From Candidatus Sumerlaeia bacterium (GTDB taxonomy: Bacteria > Sumerlaeota > Sumerlaeia > SLMS01), in the NCBI GenBank assembly GCA_038208905.1, contig JBBQYG010000135.1, positions 1 to 11,188 on the forward strand: a DNA stretch of 11,188 bases. The letters are read 5' to 3'. Under the pieces are notes generated by a model that saw nothing but the letters and a program-made list of their open reading frames with translations, ran no database searches and was not told the DNA's origin. Position numbers and translations under genes: made by a program. Shown here piece by piece: positions 1 to 6,294 of this stretch (positions are counted from its first letter, which is position 1; every line of letters begins with the position of its first letter).

Positions 1-1227
1 GCGGAAACGAAGGTTGCCGCCAAGGTTGCCCTCGGATGCGCCGTCGTCCACCGCGTTGAGGTCGCCCGGGGCGACGCCGACATAGCTGACGGAGTCGATC
101 GGGTACACCACGCGGACGCCGAAGCCGAAGGGCTCGACGCCAGGGAGATTGCTGTCCACTTCCACCCGAACCGTGAACTGCGTGTTCGGCTGGCTGGGAT
201 CGCCCGCGATCACGCGACCAGCGACAACGGCGCGAAGGTCGGGAGTTGCGGTCGGAGAAGGCGTCGGCGTCGCCGTGGCAGTTGCCGTCGGAGAAGGCGA
301 GGGAGTCGGTGACGGGGTCGGGGTTGGCGCGATGCCAAGGCCCGCGACCGCGGTTGCGTCGAACGCGGAACCGATCTCTTCGCTGGAAAGACGGAAGAGC
401 GGGAAGTCCGTGATCGAAACGTCCCAACCGAGGCCGAGGTTGAAGGGAGCCGTAAATCCGGCGTTGCCCGTTTCGAACGTGATGTCGAAAAGGACGGGCG
501 TCGGGTCCACGTTGGTTTCGTTGAGGGGGAAGTTCGTGATGTCGCGGAAGCGGATGTTGCCGCCGCCGTTGCCTTCGACCGCGCCGTCGTCCACCGCGTT
601 CAGGTCTCCGGCGGCCACGCTGACGTAGCTGACGGAGTCGATCGGGTAGAACACGCGGACGCCGAAGCCGAAGGGCGTGACGCCGCCCACATTGTCGCTC
701 ACCTGAACTCGCACGGTGAACTGGCTGTTGGGGGCGCTGGGATCGCCGCTCAGGACGCTGGCGCTGATGATGGCCGGGGGCGCAAGGCCAAGGCCGGTCA
801 CCGCGGAAGCGTCGAACGTGGAGGCAATCTCCTCGTCCGAGAGCATGAACAGCGGGAAGTCCGTGATGGAAATATCCCACGTCATGCCAAGGTTGAACGG
901 AGCCGTGAAGCCCGCGTTGCCCGTCTCGAACGTGATGTCCATCAGCGTCGGCGTCAGGTCGACGTTGGTTTCATTGAGGGGGAAATTCGTGAAATCGCGG
1001 AAACGGACGTTGCCGCCGAGGGTGCCCTCGCTGGGTCCGTCGCCGACCGCGTTCAGATCTCCCGGCGCCACAGAGACGTAGGAAACTGAATCGATCGGGT
1101 AGGTGACCCTGATTCCAAATCCGAAGGGCGCAAGGCCCGTCGGGTTGCTGTCAACCGCTACGCGCACCGTGAACTGGCTGTTCGGTGCGGAAGGGTCGCC
1201 ACTGACTACGGAAGCGCCTATTGTCGC
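1..1227 (-). repeat. Intragenic tandem domain repeats: module 1 781-1227, module 2 328-774, module 3 (partial) 1-231
   Basis: The Gly codon of GDP lies at 1198-1200, 745-747 and 202-204, giving spacings of 453 nt (151 aa) and 543 nt (181 aa, including the linker). Hand alignment of modules 1 and 2 is gap-free with about 33 differences in 150 aa (~78% identity). Confidence 0.95.
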
Positions 1228-1308
1228 TTGTGAGTACGCCTGGCCCGTGAAGACGAGGGCCAGGAGCAGACTCCAAGCGAGGTAAAGGCTTCTTGGGAAG
1301 ACTCCCAT
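1..1308 (-). CDS. Secreted multi-cohesin-like (scaffoldin-like) protein, 3' end truncated by the window (at least 436 aa)
   Basis: Not in the ORF track; translated by hand. ATG at 1308 with GGAG 9 nt upstream, and the frame stays open to position 1. Signal peptide MGVFPRSLYLAWSLLLALVFTGQAYS|QA. Two complete ~150-aa modules follow, plus the start of a third (each GDPSxPNxQFTVRV..PFGFGxRVxYPIDSVSYV..GDLNAV..RFR), with a Pro/Thr linker between modules 2 and 3. The beta-strand pattern and module size fit cohesins. The CDS is well supported; the cohesin label is motif-based inference. Confidence 0.85.
   Translation of the reverse strand, partial: MGVFPRSLYLAWSLLLALVFTGQAYSQATIGASVVSGDPSAPNSQFTVRVAVDSNPTGLAPFGFGIRVTYPIDSVSYVSVAPGDLNAVGDGPSEGTLGGNVRFRDFTNFPLNETNVDLTPTLMDITFETGNAGFTAPFNLGMTWDISITDFPLFMLSDEEIASTFDASAVTGLGLAPPAIISASVLSGDPSAPNSQFTVRVQVSDNVGGVTPFGFGVRVFYPIDSVSYVSVAAGDLNAVDDGAVEGNGGGNIRFRDITNFPLNETNVDPTPVLFDITFETGNAGFTAPFNLGLGWDVSITDFPLFRLSSEEIGSAFDATAVAGLGIAPTPTPSPTPSPSPTATATATPTPSPTATPDLRAVVAGRVIAGDPSQPNTQFTVRVEVDSNLPGVEPFGFGVRVVYPIDSVSYVGVAPGDLNAVDDGASEGNLGGNLRFR
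241..327 (-). repeat. Pro/Thr/Ser-rich inter-module linker
   Basis: Encodes PTPTPSPTPSPSPTATATATPTPSPTATP (29 aa) between modules 2 and 3. Confidence 0.95.
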
Positions 1309-1347
1309 GGGCTTTTTCTCCAAGATATTCAGTTACATCGCGCAGGA

Positions 1348-1371
1348 CGGGCCCCGATCCATTGGGGCCCG
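1348..1371 (-). promoter_or_regulatory. Intergenic GC-rich stem-loop (mRNA stabiliser or weak terminator candidate)
   Basis: CGGGCCCC (1348-1355) / GGGGCCCG (1364-1371), an 8-bp perfect stem with an 8-nt loop, 9 nt after the stop at 1381. No U-tract follows on the minus strand. Confidence 0.55.
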
Positions 1372-1380
1372 CTTAAGGGG

Positions 1381-2073
1381 TCAGTCGGACAACATCATCC
1401 AGTCGTTGACCGCCGTCACGTTGACCGTGGCGCCGGAGAGGGTAAGGCTACCAACTTCTCCCGCGCCGGGCGGGACGATCGTCGTCCAGGGAAGGATCTT
1501 GCCGTCGTCGGCATTGCCGATCGTCTCATCCGGACCTGGGTCCAAATGGATCGAAATCGTGTAGGGCGCGGAGACCGTGGCCTGCACGACGAAGTGAAGG
1601 TCGACAAGGACCGGGTTGGTAATCGTTCCGGGGAACGTGTTTGCGGGAAAGGTCGCAGCGGCTGGCGCCACGAGGGGGTACTGGGCAAACAGCGGGTTGT
1701 TGATTGTTGCGTCGCCGATGGGGCCAAGCGTGGCCACATCGCGGAACTTGCCGGGCGTGGCCCCGTTGTCATCCTCGTCCGCGGGAGAGACTCCCACGAT
1801 GCCAAGTTCCGCTTCGGTTGCGAACGTGGCGGCAGGCAGGACCTGCGTCTCGTCGAAGCGAACGCGGAAGCTGGTGGACGACGGATTCCTGCCGGAGGTG
1901 TTGTTTGTGACGGCAACGCGAATAATGAGTGTGTCGCCAACGACGACGTTGGTTCCGCTGCCGGACATGGCGTACTCGGTCGCGACGATGTCGGCCTGTG
2001 AGAAGCCGGTCTGCGCCAGACCAAGGAGGGCTGCGACACAGCCCGTTGTTACGAAGTTATGCAATGACGGCAT
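1381..2073 (-). CDS. Secreted single cohesin-like domain protein with short C-terminal VNDWMMLSD tail
   Basis: AGGAGA 7 nt before the ATG. Signal peptide ending GFS|QA. Cohesin-like strands VVVGDTLIIRVAV, SFRVRFDETQV, LVDLHFVV, TLSGATVNV. Shares ordered motifs with the modules of 1-1308 (RVAVxxNxxGxxP, [RK]FRD, PxLxDxxF, AP[FY]). Confidence 0.8.
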   Translation of the reverse strand: MPSLHNFVTTGCVAALLGLAQTGFSQADIVATEYAMSGSGTNVVVGDTLIIRVAVTNNTSGRNPSSTSFRVRFDETQVLPAATFATEAELGIVGVSPADEDDNGATPGKFRDVATLGPIGDATINNPLFAQYPLVAPAAATFPANTFPGTITNPVLVDLHFVVQATVSAPYTISIHLDPGPDETIGNADDGKILPWTTIVPPGAGEVGSLTLSGATVNVTAVNDWMMLSD

Positions 2074-2145
2074 TGTGGGATCTCCTGTGTGGGGAAAGGC
2101 TGCTCCGGGTCAGGGTTGCAACCGGGGAGCGAGTGAAGTGGGAAG

Positions 2146-2177
2146 ACCGGGGCGGCCCATGTGGGGGCCGCCCCGGT
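2146..2177 (-). promoter_or_regulatory. Intergenic strong stem-loop (partial terminator or mRNA stabiliser candidate)
   Basis: ACCGGGGCGGCCC (2146-2158) / GGGCCGCCCCGGT (2165-2177), a 13-bp perfect stem with a 6-nt loop, ~30 nt after the stop at 2207. Followed on the minus strand by CTTCCCACTTC, which is not a real U-tract. Confidence 0.65.
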
Positions 2178-2206
2178 TCATCCGGGATTGCGTACTGCCG
2201 TTCCGA

Positions 2207-4960
2207 TTAGGGGAACGGAATGTAGGGGATGTTCCCCTGGAGCCTCTGGTAGAGGAACGTGGCGTCGATGGCGGTAACGTTGCCGTCGCGGTTGATGTCC
2301 ACACGGTCCCTGTCGGTTTCGTTAAGGGTGTTCAGGTTGAGGAAGGCCTCGAGGATGCGGATCGCGTCGGAGACGTTGATGACCCCGTTGCCATTGGCCT
2401 CGCCGAAGTTCGAGATCGAGAGGATGTCGCTCGGATCAGAGCCGGTCAGCAGCTCGTAGTCATCGCGCAGCCCGTCGGCATCGGAATCGGCGTTGTTCGG
2501 GTCGGTGCCGATGATAGCCTCGACGCTGGACGGGATGCGATCGCCATCGGGATCGTTGGCGGCGGTAAGGCCACCGCTGATCGGGCTGTTGGCGTTGAGC
2601 GGGAGGGAACCGATACGAAGCTCCGTGCCGTCGGGGATGCCGTCGCCGTCGGAATCGGCGTTGTTCGGGTTGGTACCCAGCACGCCTTCTGCAACGTCGG
2701 AGATGCCGTCGCCGTCTGTGTCAAGGTTGGGATAAACGGTGTCGAACTGACCGGGGGCCTCGCCGATGATTCCGCCGGCCGTGACCGTGGAGGAACCGCT
2801 GACCGTGCCGCCCGCGCCGACGAGAGAGCCCGGGACGCCAACGTTGAGGGTAAAGGTCGTGCCCCCGGGGGTCGTCAGGACGTCGTAGGAATTGCCGTTC
2901 AGGTCGGCGCGAAGCGAGCCCGTGATGGTCACGTTCATGCCGACGGAGAAGGGATGGTTAACCGAGGTGGTCACCTGCGGATTTGCGGCAGCGGTGATCG
3001 CCGTGATGTTGAAGGTGGGTGCGCTGGCGGGAACGATGATTGCCGCGCCCGTTCCGCCGCCAATGCCGCCGGGGCCGGAGACGTCGCCGAAGAAGTTGCC
3101 CTGAACGTCGAGGGAGGGTGCCGGTACCTCGGGCGCCGTGCCCGCGTTGTTGCCGAAAGCGATGCCGGCGAGCACATCCGTGCCAGCTCCGGCGCCGATG
3201 CCCGTTCCCAGGGGATCGTCGCTGGGCGAGGTGAAGACGTTGTCAACCACCGTCCAGGAGATGGACGTGATCACTGAGTCGAAAAGGTATATGCCCGTGC
3301 GGTTGTTGATGAAGGTGTTGCCTTCGACGATACCGGCGGGGATGTACTTCTGCGCGGCGGGGGGATCGATGGCGATGCCCTGCTGGCAGGAGTCGAACAG
3401 GTTGCCCCTGATCGATGCCGTCGTGCGGTCAACGCCAGTCCAGTTTGGGACAATCGGGACGTCGGAGCGACGGAAGTCGCGGATCAGCATGCCGGCACCC
3501 ATGGGGATGAAGCCAGCGACGCCCGGGGGAACCTTGGTGGCGTTAGGCTTGGTGAACCAGTCCTGCATGATATTCACGCGGGTGATGGTGTTGTTGGTGA
3601 AGTTCACGTTGCGGACGTTGAACAGCTTGAACGCGGCGCCCGAGTTCGGCGCGTGATCGGCAAGGTAGGCATAGGGAGCGGGATCGACGGCGGGGTCGGC
3701 CTTCACATAGGCGCCGGCATTGATCTTGTAGACTTCCAAGACCTGCTCGCCCATGTTGCGGACGGTGTTGCTGACGACATTGGCCGTTGCCGAGTAGCCG
3801 GCGGTCGGCTGGGTGCCGGTAGCGCCGGGATCTTCCCCGCGGATGGCAAAGTTGCCCCACGTGTCGATGATTGTGTTCTGCTCGATATTCATCGTCGTCC
3901 AGGTGGAATCGCCGTTTGTGGAGCGATTGGAGTCGAAGGTCCAGAAGCTGCGGATACCGACGAACTCGTTGCCGATGATATTGATCGTTCCGCGCTCGCC
4001 GCGAAGGATCGTGCCGCCGCGGCCGCCGCTGGTGCTGACGATGTTATTCTGGGCGGGGAGCGTCGTGTAGGTCGGGAATGCCGTGAGGTTGAGCGGCTGC
4101 TTTTGTGCGAAAGGAAGGCGGTTCTTGAGGCCGTCGAAGACGCAGTTGACGATGCTGAGGTCCTTGCGGTAGCCGACGCTGTTGGAGGCCGTTCCCGGAT
4201 CGACGAAGGCGGTGTTGCCGCCCGTCATCGCGAGGATCACCGCGCTGGTCGAGTTGACGCCGTTGCCGTTGGTGCCGGGGACGCCGGCGAGACGGATGTT
4301 CTCGAGCGTGAAGCCATCCGTCGTCTCGTTGACGAAGGAAGCGCCGCGCGTAAACGTGGGCTTGTTGAGCGGGTCGCCGATGATCGTGAAGTTGTCGCGC
4401 ATCTTGGTGAAGAAGGCGGTATTGGTCAGGGGCGTGTAGTAGGCGTTAACCGTGGCGTTGTTCAGGTTATTCTGGGGGAACATGATCGCTTCGTAGTACG
4501 TGCCGGCCAGCACGACGATCGTGTCTGTTCCGGGAGTGGCCGTGCCTGCGCCGATCGCCGCAATGGCGTCCCTCATCGTGCCGAAGGCATTCACGCCGAG
4601 AACGGCGCCGTTCACCGTAGAGCCATCGGTCGGGTCTGTGAAGCTTGCCGGGACGACGACGTTGTAGGCGCCCGCCAGGGGGAAGTACTCGATGTTCTCG
4701 AGGCCCGTGATGACGCTGTCGATGCCGTTGGCAAGGTTGCCGTCATCGGGGAAAGCGGTGGTGGAGAAGGCATTGGTATGGGGGTTGAAGTGGATGCGCG
4801 TCTCGACGGCGTCCTCAACTGGGGTGGTTGCGGCACTACGCGTGGGGGTGGGGCCCCAGTTGTCGTTCACGTAAATCGAAACGGCGTGGGAAAGGCCCGT
4901 GGTCGCGACGGTCATCGCGACAAGGGCCAAGCTCAGGTGGACTGCGCTTACTTTCTTCAT
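2207..4960 (-). CDS. Secreted modular protein (917 aa): right-handed parallel beta-helix region, E1-FCCH-like beta domain, bacterial TSP3 Ca-binding repeats, C-terminal dockerin
   Basis: Start moved from 5026 to the ATG at 4960 (AAGGA upstream; MKKVSAVHLSLALVAMTVATTGLSHA|VS is a typical signal peptide). Beta-helix cap FGTMRDAIAA..DTIVVLAGTYYE, rungs such as IVNCVFDG, IIGNEFVG, IEQNTIID, FTNNTIT, IRGNLFDS, VEGNTFIN, and terminal LDVQGNFFGDVSGP. DxDGDGxxD repeats at 2426-2722. Dockerin at 2210-2407. Confidence 0.9.
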   Translation of the reverse strand: MKKVSAVHLSLALVAMTVATTGLSHAVSIYVNDNWGPTPTRSAATTPVEDAVETRIHFNPHTNAFSTTAFPDDGNLANGIDSVITGLENIEYFPLAGAYNVVVPASFTDPTDGSTVNGAVLGVNAFGTMRDAIAAIGAGTATPGTDTIVVLAGTYYEAIMFPQNNLNNATVNAYYTPLTNTAFFTKMRDNFTIIGDPLNKPTFTRGASFVNETTDGFTLENIRLAGVPGTNGNGVNSTSAVILAMTGGNTAFVDPGTASNSVGYRKDLSIVNCVFDGLKNRLPFAQKQPLNLTAFPTYTTLPAQNNIVSTSGGRGGTILRGERGTINIIGNEFVGIRSFWTFDSNRSTNGDSTWTTMNIEQNTIIDTWGNFAIRGEDPGATGTQPTAGYSATANVVSNTVRNMGEQVLEVYKINAGAYVKADPAVDPAPYAYLADHAPNSGAAFKLFNVRNVNFTNNTITRVNIMQDWFTKPNATKVPPGVAGFIPMGAGMLIRDFRRSDVPIVPNWTGVDRTTASIRGNLFDSCQQGIAIDPPAAQKYIPAGIVEGNTFINNRTGIYLFDSVITSISWTVVDNVFTSPSDDPLGTGIGAGAGTDVLAGIAFGNNAGTAPEVPAPSLDVQGNFFGDVSGPGGIGGGTGAAIIVPASAPTFNITAITAAANPQVTTSVNHPFSVGMNVTITGSLRADLNGNSYDVLTTPGGTTFTLNVGVPGSLVGAGGTVSGSSTVTAGGIIGEAPGQFDTVYPNLDTDGDGISDVAEGVLGTNPNNADSDGDGIPDGTELRIGSLPLNANSPISGGLTAANDPDGDRIPSSVEAIIGTDPNNADSDADGLRDDYELLTGSDPSDILSISNFGEANGNGVINVSDAIRILEAFLNLNTLNETDRDRVDINRDGNVTAIDATFLYQRLQGNIPYIPFP
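2210..2407 (-). other. Dockerin-like domain (two F-hand Ca-binding loop + helix segments)
   Basis: FG-EANGNGVINVSD-AIRILEAFL..linker..DINRDGNVTAID-ATFLYQRLQG-NIPYIPFP at the extreme C-terminus. This matches the type I dockerin pattern GDxNxDGxxxxxD-helix repeated twice. Confidence 0.85.
2426..2722 (-). repeat. Four bacterial thrombospondin type 3-like (TSP3) repeats
   Basis: DTDGDGISDVAEGVLGTNPNNA, DSDGDGIPDGTELRIGSLPLNA, DPDGDRIPSSVEAIIGTDPNNA, DSDADGLRDDYELLTGSDPSD. Confidence 0.85.
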
Positions 4961-5334
4961 GCGTCTGTCTTCCTTTCTTCGTCTTTGTGGGTCGGGGGGA
5001 TGCCGCGTGGGCTCCCCTTTGTTCACTGGGGTTATTTTACAGCAACGGCGATGCGGCGAAATCTAAGGACGGCTGAACTGGCTTGCTTGGACTCTCCTTT
5101 CGGGCGTTTCCCGCCTTGTCGCTACTGCCTGCGGCCCGCCGTTTCCCGTTTGGATGCACAAGTTGCCGAAAGCGGCAAGCCGGGCCCGTGAGAGGCGCGC
5201 GACAAAGTGGGGGAAACCGGTGGTGGTAGGTGTTACAATTGCCAACATGAGAGCGGGCGCAAGCCAAAAGTCGCCGCTGGGCCGATTCCGGGATGTGGAG
5301 GAGGATTTCGGGCGTTGAACTTGGAGCCTTGCTT

Positions 5335-6072
5335 TCAGGTAATCTCGATTCCCAGCCGAATGGCTTCCTCGAAGGCGGCAGCGGTCATCGTGGTCCCCGA
5401 GGATACCGTCATCCTTGTCGCACCCTCTCGGGAGGCTTTCCTGACATCGTCAACGGTGAGAAAGTTCCGCTGGATTGCAGGGGAATCAGGTTTCTCACCG
5501 CCCGATTCGCTGGCCTGAACGGAGGGCGTTGCTTCGGTGACGACTCCCCATGCGGCCAGCTCCTGAATGGCTCGCTCCAGCTTCTCCCCCAGGCTGCCCA
5601 TCCCCCGCCGAAACGGCGCGGGGGATTCGGGCGAAAAGGTGGGGACGGTGGCGAGGTGGACGTCCCTTCCAGCGGCGAGTGCTTCGAAAATAAATTCGAG
5701 TTCCGGCGTGGGAGCGACGCCGTGGGAGAGGGCTATCAACTGCCACGGGGAAAACCCGGCCAGCATGACCCGGCGACGGGTCGCCAGCAGCCGATCGCGA
5801 TCGGAAGCGGCGCCCGGCATCGGCAAGACGCGCGCCTGGGGGGCGGCGGCGGCTAGGACACTTGCCCCATACCGCGAGGCGAAATCGGGGAGCATGATGA
5901 TCGAGACGCCCGGCTCCGTAGCGGCCCCCTCGCGGATCGCAGCGAGCGTCGCCTCCAGCGAAAGGGCGTATCCACCGGCAAGCACGATCGTGGCGCCCGG
6001 GGCCGATGGGGCCGGGGAGAGAAGCTCCGCGACGACCTTCGCCACGATGGCGCGAAGCTGGGACTCATCCAC
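5335..6072 (-). CDS. Bacterial microcompartment-associated flavoprotein/PduM-like protein with N-terminal encapsulation-peptide-like helix
   Basis: GTG start with an in-frame TAA shortly upstream and no clear RBS. N-terminus MDESQLRAIVAKVVAELL followed by a Pro/Ala linker. Core IVLAGG..LIALSHGVAPTPELEFIFEALAAGRDV..LAAWGV. C-terminal FLTVDDVRKA..MTVSSGTTMTAAAFEEAIRLGIEI resembles the C-terminal module of PduM and BMC-locus flavoproteins. Recognised from memory of these families. Confidence 0.65.
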   Translation of the reverse strand: MDESQLRAIVAKVVAELLSPAPSAPGATIVLAGGYALSLEATLAAIREGAATEPGVSIIMLPDFASRYGASVLAAAAPQARVLPMPGAASDRDRLLATRRRVMLAGFSPWQLIALSHGVAPTPELEFIFEALAAGRDVHLATVPTFSPESPAPFRRGMGSLGEKLERAIQELAAWGVVTEATPSVQASESGGEKPDSPAIQRNFLTVDDVRKASREGATRMTVSSGTTMTAAAFEEAIRLGIEIT

Positions 6073-6141
6073 TTGGCTTGGCCCCGCTCGAGCAGTTTTC
6101 GATATGCCGTACCCGATTCGGCCCCTGAAAAAAGGGGCTTA

Positions 6142-6230
6142 CCACAGAGAACACCGAGGACACAGAAACGAAAGCGGGGAGGTTATGGAGGGGATTTGCA
6201 CAGAATCCGTGAAATCTGCGCAATCTGTGG
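6142..6230. repeat. Intergenic element of two inverted arms, each three 9-bp tandem units
   Basis: Left arm CACAGAGAA/CACCGAGGA/CACAGAAAC (6143-6169). Right arm AATCCGTGA/AATCTGCGC/AATCTGTGG (6204-6230). Outer ends CCACAGA (6142-6148) and TCTGTGG (6224-6230) are perfect reverse complements. Confidence 0.75.
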
Positions 6231-6294
6231 ATCATCAGTACTGGCTCCTCCTGCTGGCATCCGGGATTCGGCTACAGGAAAAAAAGAAGGTCCC

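Noticed and set aside
1..1227. Nucleotide repeats as a CRISPR array or diversity-generating retroelement TR/VR pair
   Set aside because: The repeats are in-frame ~450-nt protein modules with no spacers, differences are not visibly adenine-specific, and no cas or reverse transcriptase gene is in the window.
1..4960. Calling the locus a true cellulosome
   Set aside because: No cellulase, other glycoside hydrolase or CBM3 is visible; only the assembly architecture is supported.
4961..5026. ORF-track N-terminal extension MNKGEPTRHPPDPQRRRKEDRR
   Set aside because: The downstream ATG at 4960 has an RBS and begins a canonical signal peptide.
149..5191. Long plus-strand ORFs (149-628, 716-1081, 1616-3277, 3653-5191 and others)
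   Set aside because: Antisense shadows of GC-rich minus-strand genes that have signal peptides, RBSs and recognisable domains; the shadow translations have no family motifs.
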